A stretch of 64,000 bases of DNA from NCBI GenBank assembly GCA_934167755.1, contig CAKPLT010000001.1, positions 161,753 to 225,752 on the forward strand, read 5' to 3'. Source of the DNA: an uncultured Clostridia bacterium (GTDB lineage Bacteria > Bacillota > Clostridia > TANB77 > CAG-508). The position numbers and the translations under genes are program-made. The notes beneath the pieces were generated by a model that was given only the letters and a program-made list of their open reading frames with translations, did not search any database and was not told the DNA's origin. Below, piece after piece: positions 43,892 to 53,717 of this stretch. Every line of letters starts with the position of its first letter. Position 1 is the stretch's first letter.

Positions 43892-44254
43892 ATGTATAGT
43901 GAAATAGTAAAAAAATATTTTGAAAATCCAACAAATTTAGGGACAATTGAAAATGCTGATGCAATAGGAATAATAGAAAATGAAATTTGCAGTGATATAA
44001 TAAAAAAATATATAAAAGCAGGTGAACAAAAAAATATCATAGAAGATGCAAAATTTGAAGCTAAAGGATGTCCTCCAGTTATAGCATCATGTTGTGTGGT
44101 AACAGAAATGATTAAAAAAATGGAAATAGAAAAAGCTAAAACCTTAACTGCAAATGAAATAATTAATAAATTAAATGGTTTGCCAAAAGAAAAAGAACAT
44201 TGTGCAGAGTTAGTTATAAAAACATTAAGAAAGGCAATAGAAAATATAAATTGA
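43892..44254 (+). CDS. NifU/IscU-like Fe-S cluster scaffold domain protein
   Basis: Cys ligands in ENEICSD, KGCPPVIAS, HCAELV at IscU-like spacing. Confidence 0.55.
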   Translation: MYSEIVKKYFENPTNLGTIENADAIGIIENEICSDIIKKYIKAGEQKNIIEDAKFEAKGCPPVIASCCVVTEMIKKMEIEKAKTLTANEIINKLNGLPKEKEHCAELVIKTLRKAIENIN

Positions 44255-44255
44255 A

Positions 44256-44274
44256 AAAGAGCCCAAGGCTCTTT
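44256..44274. terminator. Hairpin terminator (aaagagcc-caa-ggctcttt)
   Basis: Perfect 8-bp stem between convergent genes. Confidence 0.55.
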
Positions 44275-44275
44275 T

Positions 44276-45460
44276 CTACTTCATAGAAACATTACTAACC
44301 AACATATTCTCCAACAACTCTGCACTAGCCCTATCAGTAGACTCCAAATCATGAACATAAAACTTCAAAGTAGTATCAGTACTAGCATGACCTAATTTAT
44401 GAGAAACAGTCTTAACATCAACATTACCAGAAATAAGCAAAGTAGCAAAAGTATGTCTCAAATCATGAAAACGAATATGAGGAAAACCATTCCTAGTTAA
44501 GAAAGAACTAAACCATTTAGGACCAGTTGCAGGATTCATAATTCTACCATCAGCAGTAGTAAAAACATTTTTAGCACTTTTCCAAGATTTACCCAGAGCA
44601 AGTCTCATCTTACTTTGCTCACATCTCCATTGTTTAAGCAAATCAAAGCAAATACTAGGTACTGCTATTGTACGAGTACTTAAATCCGTTTTAGGACTCT
44701 TCTCAGAAGTAGGTTGACCACTTAAATAATAGGCACTTCTTTTAATACTTATTTTATGATTTTTAAAATCAATATCATCCCAATGCAAACCAACTAATTC
44801 ACCACGTCTAAAACCAGTTAATATAGCAAGAATAACAAAACATTTATATTTTATAGGAGCCTTTTTAAGTAGGACATTTATTAATCTTTTAGATGTTTCT
44901 TCATCATAACATGTCATTTTAGTACGTTTAAATTTAGGTTGAACAACTTTAGTACATGGATTATATGAAACCATGTCCCACCTGAGAGCATTACTGAAAA
45001 TGCTAGATAATATTTCATGAGCGCGATGTACACTAGCTGGAGATAAAGTTTTATAATTACCATTTTTGTCTTTTCTATTAGTTGGTTTAGTTAGCAAAAA
45101 ATCATACAGATTATCCAAATCCAAAAGTTTTATTTTATCAAGTCGCTTATTACCTAAATATGGCAAAATATGTTTATTTAATTTTTCGTTATAACTTTGG
45201 TAAGTTGTAGGCGAAAGATTAGGTTTTACATATGTTTCTAACCATTGCTTACTAAAATCATTTAATGTCACTTTTTTCGCAGAATATGTGCAACCGCCTT
45301 CAATTGAAGTGATAAATTTTGCAAGTTCTTTTTCGGCTTCTCTTTTAGATGAACAAGTAACAGTTTTATTAAAATATTTTCTTTTACCATTTGAATCGAA
45401 ACCATTACTAACACGAAGTCTATATTTTTCATTTCCCATATATAGAATGTTTCCTGCCAA
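44276..45460 (-). CDS. int: Tyrosine integrase (element 1)
   Basis: N-terminal MAGNILYMGNEKYRLRV...; C-terminal RFHDLRHTFATLLISGN...LGHASTDTTLKFYVH. Confidence 0.9.
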   Translation of the reverse strand: MAGNILYMGNEKYRLRVSNGFDSNGKRKYFNKTVTCSSKREAEKELAKFITSIEGGCTYSAKKVTLNDFSKQWLETYVKPNLSPTTYQSYNEKLNKHILPYLGNKRLDKIKLLDLDNLYDFLLTKPTNRKDKNGNYKTLSPASVHRAHEILSSIFSNALRWDMVSYNPCTKVVQPKFKRTKMTCYDEETSKRLINVLLKKAPIKYKCFVILAILTGFRRGELVGLHWDDIDFKNHKISIKRSAYYLSGQPTSEKSPKTDLSTRTIAVPSICFDLLKQWRCEQSKMRLALGKSWKSAKNVFTTADGRIMNPATGPKWFSSFLTRNGFPHIRFHDLRHTFATLLISGNVDVKTVSHKLGHASTDTTLKFYVHDLESTDRASAELLENMLVSNVSMK

Positions 45461-45472
45461 ATATATTACCTC

Positions 45473-46189
45473 CTACTTATTAATCCAATCTTGATTGTCT
45501 TTTAGCCATTTTGAAAGTTCATCAAATTTGATTTTATTATCTTTACAAAGTTTATACATTTTCTTAGCTTCAGAAGCCCAATTAGAAAATAGTTTATCTA
45601 CATTAGCAATATTTTTATTTCTTTGTTTCTTGGCATTTTGAGTTTTATATGCATTTCTATATAACTTTGTTATTTCATCAGATTGTACAGAGAGTTCATA
45701 ACCGATATCTCTACAAGTCTTACCATTTCTAAAAACACGAGTGCAATATATTTCATTACTCTTAGTTGTAGGAACAAAATATTTGCCACAATTTTTACAT
45801 TTATTAAATTGAATATTTAAAGCAGCGGCCCTATATAAAATGAATAAAATAAAATCATGATAAGATTTAAAAGTATAAATTTCTAATGGCATTTGTAAAT
45901 CATTTTCTATTTTAATTCCACTAAAAATTCTACATTCGAATGATCCCATTTTTGACAATTCATTACCTAAAGCTTTATATAATGAATCTGCATGATTATT
46001 TAACAAAAATTCAATTAAATGTTTTTCAGTTGCATTAGTTTCTTCAAATAATTCAATTACAAAATTACCTAAATTAAATTCTTTAGTAACAGCCTTTCTT
46101 TCAATATCTATAAGATAACATGTATCATTATTTATATATAGATAAATTTGCTTAGAGTCTTGTTTCATAACTATCTCCTTTTTAGACAT
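45473..46189 (-). CDS. Zn-ribbon protein (CKNCGKYF...C...C), co-transcribed upstream of int; paralogue of 54946-55941
   Basis: Shares the C.NCGKYF.P...YC..VF...KTC...G.EL block with the protein next to the second integrase. Confidence 0.5.
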   Translation of the reverse strand: MSKKEIVMKQDSKQIYLYINNDTCYLIDIERKAVTKEFNLGNFVIELFEETNATEKHLIEFLLNNHADSLYKALGNELSKMGSFECRIFSGIKIENDLQMPLEIYTFKSYHDFILFILYRAAALNIQFNKCKNCGKYFVPTTKSNEIYCTRVFRNGKTCRDIGYELSVQSDEITKLYRNAYKTQNAKKQRNKNIANVDKLFSNWASEAKKMYKLCKDNKIKFDELSKWLKDNQDWINK

Positions 46190-46307
46190 TTTAAAATAAA
46201 TTTCAAAAATGTCTTAACTTAAATTTGAATCTATTGTAACATATAGACATATTAAAAGTCAAGAATAATCTGTCAATTGCTTCAAATAATTCCAAGGAGG
46301 TGAGATT

Positions 46308-46502
46308 ATGCAAGAAAAAACAGATATTCCAGAGTTATTAACTGTTAAAGAAATTCAAGAAAAAATGAGAATTTCAAAAGCAGGAGTATATAACTTAATA
46401 AATTCTGGACAAATTCCATTATTAAAAATAGGGAATAGAAAATTAATACCTAAAAAAGAATTTTTAATTTGGTTAAAGAAACAGGAGGTGAATACAAAAT
46501 AA
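46308..46502 (+). CDS. xis: Excisionase/HTH DNA-binding protein (Xis-like)
   Basis: LLTVKEIQEKMRISKAGVYNLINSGQIP HTH; divergent from the int module. Confidence 0.6.
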   Translation: MQEKTDIPELLTVKEIQEKMRISKAGVYNLINSGQIPLLKIGNRKLIPKKEFLIWLKKQEVNTK

Positions 46503-46503
46503 A

Positions 46504-46722
46504 ATGGATGAAGAAGAATTCTTAACAAAACAACAGGTCATAGAAAAATATAAACCAATGTTTACAGAGTGGTCTCTTTCAAAATTAATTAGAGAAAGAA
46601 AAATAAAATTTGTAAGAATTGGTAGAAGAATATTTTTCACTAAAAAATCAGTAGATGATTTTATAAAATCTCAAGAAGAAAATAGTATTTTAAATGAAAG
46701 AAGGAATTTTCACATTGTATAA
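46504..46722 (+). CDS. Second small HTH (AlpA/Xis-like) protein
   Basis: FLTKQQVIEKYK...WSLSKLIRERKIKFVRIGRRIFF. Confidence 0.5.
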   Translation: MDEEEFLTKQQVIEKYKPMFTEWSLSKLIRERKIKFVRIGRRIFFTKKSVDDFIKSQEENSILNERRNFHIV

Positions 46723-46863
46723 AATAAAAAATTGTCCTTTCAATTGGTACTTGAAAGAACAATATAATTGAATATAAAGGCTAACCTATATAAACAATCT
46801 CTAAATATATTATATACGATTAGCCTAAAATATTCAATGATTTAACGAAAAGAGGTAAGAAAA

Positions 46864-49077
46864 TTGAATATTTATGAGCAAATAAAAAATAGTGTAACAA
46901 ACAAAGAGGTAGCAATTCATTATTTAGGACAACCAGTTAGAAAATCTGCAAACTATTTATTATATTCCTCACCTTTTAGAAAAGATAAAAATCCATCTTT
47001 TGCAGTTAATGATAAAGGTTTTATAGACTTTGGAGATAAAGAACATTGTGGAGATATGATTCAATTTGTAAAACAATTAAAAGGGTGTCAATATCCACAT
47101 GAAGCAGCAAAAATAATAGTAGAAGACTTGGGACTAAATATAACAATTCCAGAGAATATAAAAAATGTAAAAGAGAAGAAAAGTAAGAAAAAGTTTAGTG
47201 AATTATGTTTTGAAAAAGGAAATAAATCTAATAATATAATTTGCATGTTTGACTCACAAAAATATAATTCAAAACCAGCAAAGGAGCAAATAGGATATAT
47301 AAAAAATAGAATTTCAAAACTAAGAATGCAGGAATATAGATTAGAAGAAATAGAAAATAATATAATAAATGGCATGACAATAATACCAAGTGGAATAAAA
47401 GGAAATGCACAAGAAAATTGGAAAAAACAACAAATATTTTTAGTTGATTTTGATAACACATATAAAGGGGAAAAGTTATATAGTGATAACCCAAAACACA
47501 TAACAATTGAAAAAATTTTGAATTATTGCAAAAGTATAAACTTTGAATCGACATTTATATACACAACTTTTAGCAATTCTGAAAAACAAACAAAATTTAG
47601 ATTAGCATATGTATTTGAAGAACCAATTACGGAATATTTACTAGCATCTCAGATACCACAAAAATTATTAGAAATTTTTGAAGACTATTATCCAGATACA
47701 TCAAAACAGAATTTATCAGATATGTTTTTTGGAGGGCAAGAAATTCTATACACTTCTGACAACTATTATAAAATTTCAAAAAAGGAATTAGAAATTGAAC
47801 AAATAGAATACCAAGACATAAGTGAACCAGAAAAGATGTCTCATAATGTTATTGCTAATCAACTATTAGAGGAAAATGAAATCCGAGTGTATGAAAATAC
47901 ACTATACATATATGAAAATGGAGTATATAAAAAGAATGAAAAGAGCATCCATAGAAAAATTATAGAAATATATCCTAAATCAACAATTAGAATGCAAAAA
48001 GAAGTTATATCATATTTATTAACAATTGCTCCAGAGGCAGAACTACAATATGACAATTTTATTAATTTTAAAAACGGATTATTTGATTTAAGAACAAATC
48101 AGATAATACAGCATTCACCCCAATATTTTACAGTGAATCAAATAAATATAAATTTAAATTTAAATATTGATCCAATAAAAATTAGTGCAGTAGATAATTT
48201 TTTAGATAGAATAACTTGTGGCAATAACGAAAGAAAGAATGCAATACTGGAGATGATAGGATATTCTATGACTAGTAGTGTAAAGATGCAAAAAGCATTT
48301 GTATTATATGGTAAAACCGCAGGAAATGGAAAGTCTACTCTCTTAGAAATTATTGAAAGATTAATTGGAAGAGAAAATATAAGTCATGTAACATTGCAAG
48401 ATTTTGTTAGTAATAGATTTAGTGTTTCTGAAATAAAGGGAAAATTGGTTAATATAGTATCTGAAATGACAAAAGAATTTTTAAAAGATAGTAGTGTTTT
48501 CAAGCAAATTGTTACTGGAGATATTATAACTGTTGAAGAAAAGTTTAAAGATAGATATACAATAAAGCCATATGCTAAATACATTTTTACAGCAAATGAA
48601 CTGCCAAAAGTCGCAGATACTAGTAATGGATATTTCAGAAGACTTTTTATAATTCCATTTGAGGCTGTATTTACAGAAACAGAAAAAAGTAATTTCAACT
48701 TTAATGAATTGGTAACGCAACAAGCATTAGAATATTTGGCAGCAATATCATTAAAAGAATATATAAAAGCAGTAAGAAAAAATAAATTCTCTAATGTAGA
48801 GGAAAGTCAAAACATTATAGAATCATATAAAATGGATAGTAATACAGTAATAGCGTATTTATATGATAAAGATAGAATGAGAAGTTTATTAAGAAGCGGA
48901 AGAGTTAAAAAAAGAAATGAAGTATTTGCAGATTATATCAATTATTGCAAAGACTCTGGTTATATACACAAAGGCAGAAATAAGTTTTATGAAGAAGTTG
49001 AATCAACAGGGGTAGTACAAAAAGGTGTATATAATGGATATGATACATATATTTTTGATAAATCACTAATAAAATAG
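46864..49077 (+). CDS. Phage/plasmid primase-helicase (N-terminal CHC2 zinc finger primase + P4/D5-type SF3 NTPase), TTG start
   Basis: CHC2 region ...SPFRKDKNPSFAV...HCGD...; Walker A VLYGKTAGNGKST; Walker B/arginine-finger region. Confidence 0.78.
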   Translation: MNIYEQIKNSVTNKEVAIHYLGQPVRKSANYLLYSSPFRKDKNPSFAVNDKGFIDFGDKEHCGDMIQFVKQLKGCQYPHEAAKIIVEDLGLNITIPENIKNVKEKKSKKKFSELCFEKGNKSNNIICMFDSQKYNSKPAKEQIGYIKNRISKLRMQEYRLEEIENNIINGMTIIPSGIKGNAQENWKKQQIFLVDFDNTYKGEKLYSDNPKHITIEKILNYCKSINFESTFIYTTFSNSEKQTKFRLAYVFEEPITEYLLASQIPQKLLEIFEDYYPDTSKQNLSDMFFGGQEILYTSDNYYKISKKELEIEQIEYQDISEPEKMSHNVIANQLLEENEIRVYENTLYIYENGVYKKNEKSIHRKIIEIYPKSTIRMQKEVISYLLTIAPEAELQYDNFINFKNGLFDLRTNQIIQHSPQYFTVNQININLNLNIDPIKISAVDNFLDRITCGNNERKNAILEMIGYSMTSSVKMQKAFVLYGKTAGNGKSTLLEIIERLIGRENISHVTLQDFVSNRFSVSEIKGKLVNIVSEMTKEFLKDSSVFKQIVTGDIITVEEKFKDRYTIKPYAKYIFTANELPKVADTSNGYFRRLFIIPFEAVFTETEKSNFNFNELVTQQALEYLAAISLKEYIKAVRKNKFSNVEESQNIIESYKMDSNTVIAYLYDKDRMRSLLRSGRVKKRNEVFADYINYCKDSGYIHKGRNKFYEEVESTGVVQKGVYNGYDTYIFDKSLIK

Positions 49078-49341
49078 AAAAGCCCACTTACTGTAAAATA
49101 TAACCATATAGGTAGCTATACGACATTTTAGTGGTATTCTTATAATAAAAAATATATAATAATTATTATTGTATATATTTTTATGATTATAAAAATTGAA
49201 AAGAAAATATTAAAAGAGAAAAAACACCACTAAAAAAATTACACATGTTTTTAAAATGTGCGTAATTTTTTAAATTTTTTACACATATTTATTGCATATG
49301 TGTAAATTTTATATTATAATACACATATGGAGGTATGAAAA

Positions 49342-50400
49342 ATGAAACATGAATTAAAAATGTTGCCACCAGAAGATAATTTCAGAACAGTAAGAATATT
49401 AGAACAATTAGCAAGAACTAATAGAGCACTTGCAGAATTAAAAGGATATGCAAGAACAATACCAAATCAACATATATTAATAAATGCTATAACAATAAAT
49501 GAAGCAAAAGACAGTAGTGAAATAGAAAATATAGTTACTACACATGATGAAATATATAAAGCAATGACTCAAAGTAATTATAAGAATGAAAGTGCTAAAG
49601 AAGTAGTAGATTACAGAAGCGCTATATGGAGAGGCTATAGTTTAGTAAAAGAAAAAGAAATGATAACTACTAATATTTTGGTAGAGATTCAATCAATAAT
49701 AGAACACAACAATGCAGGAATCAGAAAAATTCCAGGAACAGTTTTAAAGAATTCCAAAACTGGAGAAATTGTATATACTCCACCAGAAACAGAAAAAGAA
49801 GTTAGAGAATATTTGAAGAATTTAGAAGAATATATAAATACTGATGATATGATAGATCCTCTAATAAAACTTGCGATTATCCATTATCAATTTGAATCAA
49901 TTCATCCATTTTATGATGGCAACGGAAGAACAGGAAGAATATTAAATATTTTATATTTAGTATTAAAGGATTTATTAGATAGTCCAATTCTATATTTAAG
50001 TAGGTACATTAACGACAATAAACAAACATATTACAAATTATTTAAAGAAGTAAGAGAAACAAATAATTTTGAAGAGTGGATTATATATATATTAATTGGA
50101 ATTGAAGAAACAGCAGAAGAAACAATGAAATTAATTAAAGACATTCAAGGTGAAATGGAAAAATATAGTGAAGAATTGAAAGAAAAATTGCCTAAGATAT
50201 ATAGTAAGGAACTATTAGAAGGACTATTTTTCGAAGTTTATACAAAAATAAATTATATTGAAAATATATGTGGAGTTACAAGAAAAACGGCAATGTCATA
50301 TTTAAGTCAATTAGAAGAAGCGGGATTCCTTACATCAGAAAAAATAGGAAGAGACAGAATATATAAAAATGACAGATTAATTAATCTATTAAAAAAATAA
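49342..50400 (+). CDS. Fic family protein (AMPylator/Doc family)
   Basis: Fic motif HPFYDGNGRTGR. Confidence 0.9.
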   Translation: MKHELKMLPPEDNFRTVRILEQLARTNRALAELKGYARTIPNQHILINAITINEAKDSSEIENIVTTHDEIYKAMTQSNYKNESAKEVVDYRSAIWRGYSLVKEKEMITTNILVEIQSIIEHNNAGIRKIPGTVLKNSKTGEIVYTPPETEKEVREYLKNLEEYINTDDMIDPLIKLAIIHYQFESIHPFYDGNGRTGRILNILYLVLKDLLDSPILYLSRYINDNKQTYYKLFKEVRETNNFEEWIIYILIGIEETAEETMKLIKDIQGEMEKYSEELKEKLPKIYSKELLEGLFFEVYTKINYIENICGVTRKTAMSYLSQLEEAGFLTSEKIGRDRIYKNDRLINLLKK

Positions 50401-50556
50401 ATAAAAGTGTGATGAGCTTCACAAATATTATATTAGAAAACTTAAATACAATCTAGAAAACCTAGGTTGTATTTTTTTTGTCGAAATTTATATTTTACTT
50501 ACAACATTCGACAAATTTTGCAGTAAAAAATTGATATGATATTTAAGGGGATATAT

Positions 50557-51270
50557 ATGAGAAAAAACAAGAAAAAAATAATATCAATTTTGTTAATTAT
50601 TTTAAGTATAATTTCAATAGGAGTAAATGTATATGCACATTCTGGAAGGACAGATTCAAGTGGAGGACATAAAGATAATAACAATAAAAGTGGTTTAGGA
50701 AGTTACCATTATCATTGTGGAGGACATCCAGCTCATTTACATACTAATGGTATTTGTCCATATTCATCTAGTTCATCAGCAAGTAGAAGTAGTACATCAA
50801 GTTCTTCATCATCAAGTACAAAAACAACATCTACGGTACCAACTGCAATAGCAGTAATAGATATTAAAATAAATGAAAATGTAACAAATATGGAAGAAGG
50901 AGAAAGTAAAAAATTAACTACTACAATAACACCGGACAATGCAACTGATAAAAATATTATGTGGAAATCAAGTGATGAAAGTATTGCAACAGTTAATACA
51001 ACAGGAGAAGTGACTGCAAAAAAATATGGAACAGTAGATATAACTGCAACTAGTGCTAATGGAAAAACAAGTACGATAAAAATAAATATAAAAGAATCAC
51101 CAAAAACTGAAAATAGTGCTATAATAAATACATCATCAACTAACAAAAACAATATAACTAATACTACAACAAATAGCAATGAAGATTCAAATCCGTTAGG
51201 AGGATTCTTAACACTAGGTTTATTAGGCGGAGGAAGTTATTTGGGATATAAAAAATATAAAAAAGCATAA
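50557..51270 (+). CDS. Secreted/cell-surface protein: signal peptide, His-rich YHYHCGGHPAHLH motif, Ser-rich linker, Big_2 Ig-like domain, C-terminal hydrophobic anchor + KKYKKA tail
   Basis: MRKNKKKIISILLIILSI signal peptide; Big_2-like KKLTTTITPDNATDKNIMWKSSDESIATVNTTGEVTAKKYGTVDITATS. Confidence 0.55.
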   Translation: MRKNKKKIISILLIILSIISIGVNVYAHSGRTDSSGGHKDNNNKSGLGSYHYHCGGHPAHLHTNGICPYSSSSSASRSSTSSSSSSSTKTTSTVPTAIAVIDIKINENVTNMEEGESKKLTTTITPDNATDKNIMWKSSDESIATVNTTGEVTAKKYGTVDITATSANGKTSTIKINIKESPKTENSAIINTSSTNKNNITNTTTNSNEDSNPLGGFLTLGLLGGGSYLGYKKYKKA

Positions 51271-51425
51271 TAAAATGGAAATGTTTTTATGGATTTTTGG
51301 ATGATAAAATCAAGTATAAAAAAGATACAGCAGAGAGAACAAGAGAAATAATAAAGATAATCATAAAAAGTTATAATACTGGATATGGAAAATATGGAAT
51401 TATTTAAATGGTGAGGAAGAGTAAT

Positions 51426-52868
51426 ATGGAAGATAATAGCTACAAATTTCCAAATAGTGAGATATTAATAAAAAATAATAAAGAAAGTAAAATAAACATT
51501 GAAACTGAAAAGAAAAAGATAGAAAATTTTTTCGAAAATTATAAAATTGATATAGATTGTAAAGAGGTATATGTAAGTATTAATGCTATAACATATGTAA
51601 TTGATTTAAAATGTAAAACTAAAGTTAGTACAATAAAAAGTTATAAAGATGATTTAAAGATGATTTTTAATGCAATAGATGTAGAATTTCAAGTTGCAAT
51701 TAACGGAACAGCTTATTTAGGCATACATTTTATAAAGCATAAAGATAAGGTATTAATGTTAGGTGATTTAATACAAGACAAAGAGTTTGTTGAAGCTAAA
51801 CAAAAAATTCCCATAATAATAGGAAAAGATTTTAATGATAATATTGTAATCGAAGATTTAACACAATTACCACATTTATTAGTTGCAGGAACAACAGGAA
51901 CAGGTAAAAGCAATTTTTTAAGTACAATTATTGTGGATATAATATATAAATTCAAACCATCAGAAGTAAAATTAATTTTAGTAGATACTAGAAAAACTAA
52001 TTTCCAAAGGTTTAATGCACTACCACATGTATTGATTCCTGTTATTACAGAATCACAGAAAGCCATTGGAATGCTAGCGTATTTAATACAAGAGATGAAT
52101 AATAGATATGATTTATTTGCGAATAAAAAAGTAGATAATATAGATAGCTATAATAAAATTTCTGAAGAAAAATTACCAAGAATTATAGTAATTATAGAAG
52201 ATTTTTATGATTTAATGATGGAGACAGAAAAAGAAATTGATATGTATATAAAAAGATTAATTTAAATGTGTAGAGCGTCAGGAATAAATATAATTATATC
52301 TACACAAAGACCATCTACAAATGTTATCACTGGAATAATAAAAGCAAATATGCCATCTAGAATAGCTTTTAAAGTACCATCAAAAATAGATTCAAAAACT
52401 ATAATAGATGTAGCAGGTGCAGAAGAACTATTAATATATGGAGATATTCTTTTTAATAAAGTGGGAGAATGTAAAATAAAAAGAGTTCAAACTCCATATA
52501 TTAGTGATAAAGAGATAGAAGATATAATGAATGAAATGAAAATTAATAACGAGTTACATTATAATACAGAATTATTTGATATGATAAATAAAAATGATAT
52601 AGATTTGAACCAAAAGAACATTATTGAATATGAAGAGGATGAAAAAGATCCATTTCTAGTAGATGCAATTGAAAGTGTAATAGAAACAGGACAAGCTTTA
52701 ACATCATTTATACAAAGAAGGTTTAAAGTAGGATATGCAAGAGCAGGAAAAATAATAGATCAAATGGAAGAAAGAGGTATAATATCTGGTTATCAAGGAA
52801 TCAAACCAAGAGAAGTTTTAATAACATTAGAAGAATGGAATAGATTAAAAAATATGAAAGGGATATAA
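51426..52868 (+). pseudogene. FtsK/SpoIIIE-family DNA translocase (conjugative-transfer type) interrupted by an in-frame TAA at 52263-52265
   Basis: Walker A LLVAGTTGTGKS in the first ORF; ...YIKRLI*MCRASGINIIISTQRPS continues the FtsK RAAGIHLILATQRPS motif in the same frame; C-terminal gamma-like winged helix. Confidence 0.6.
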
Positions 52869-52869
52869 T

Positions 52870-53277
52870 ATGAATTTTAGTAGTTTATATAGTGGAATAA
52901 AAGAATTAGGAAAAATATATCAAAAAATAGATAATATAGAAATACAAAAGAAATTACTAGACTTAAGTGAACAAGCCTTAGAAATGCAAAATGAAATATT
53001 AAGACTACAAGAAGAAAATATTAAATTAAAACAAAAGGAAGATGTAGTATCAAAAATAGAAAGACATAAAGATGCATTTATTACATTAAAAGATGATAAG
53101 AAAGGAATAATATATTGTTCTAATTGTTGGGATTCAAAAGGGTTATTAGTACAAGGACAATCCGATAATGATGGAACTTATTATTGTTATAATTGTAAAG
53201 AGAAAAAATATTATGATATAGATTTATATAATAGAATATATCATGACAATGAATATGATGATAGTAATATAATTTAA
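52870..53277 (+). CDS. Hypothetical coiled-coil + Zn-ribbon protein (CSNCW...CYNCKEKKY)
   Basis: ORF; four Cys in two CxxC pairs. Confidence 0.4.
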   Translation: MNFSSLYSGIKELGKIYQKIDNIEIQKKLLDLSEQALEMQNEILRLQEENIKLKQKEDVVSKIERHKDAFITLKDDKKGIIYCSNCWDSKGLLVQGQSDNDGTYYCYNCKEKKYYDIDLYNRIYHDNEYDDSNII

Positions 53278-53476
53278 TTAAATGTATTTATTGCAAGGAG
53301 TAGTATGATACTCCTTTTTTCTACGGTTTCTTTGTCACACATTGGTCACACTCTCCACAAAAACACCCAAATTTAAACACAATTTAACACAAACAAAAAA
53401 TCACCAATATCACCGAATAACTTACTCTAACAAGGTAAAACACAAATCTACAAAATTCAACAATATCAGCACTTAC

Positions 53477-53524
53477 GGGCTCATAACCCAAAGGTCACAA
53501 GTTCGAGTATTGTCCCCGCAACCA
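53477..53524 (+). other. Diverged 3' half of tRNA-fMet (anticodon loop to CCA end); att-site-like remnant next to the second integrase
   Basis: gggctcataacccaaaggtc + acaagttcgagtattgt + ccccgcaacca versus the tRNA-fMet sequence gggctcataacccaaaggtc gtaggttcgagtcctac tcccgcaacca. There is no 5' half. Confidence 0.6.
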
Positions 53525-53717
53525 AGAATTTAACTAGAGTCGCAAGAGATTGTGGCTCTTTAATTTTTTTGCTAAAAATCTATTTTTATAAAAGTGGGGA
53601 CAATTTGGGGACAGTCCCTACATTTTTATGCATTAAATAGCACATTTTAGCCTTACTAATTTATATTAAACTTAGAAAATCAAAAAAGTAATTTTTGAGA
53701 AATTTTGAAAAGAGTTT

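Noticed and set aside
53342-53533. 63-aa plus-strand ORF over the A+C-rich tract and tRNA-like fragment
   Set aside because: Its composition is driven by the skewed DNA and it reads straight through the tRNA-fMet-like remnant; it is not a plausible protein.
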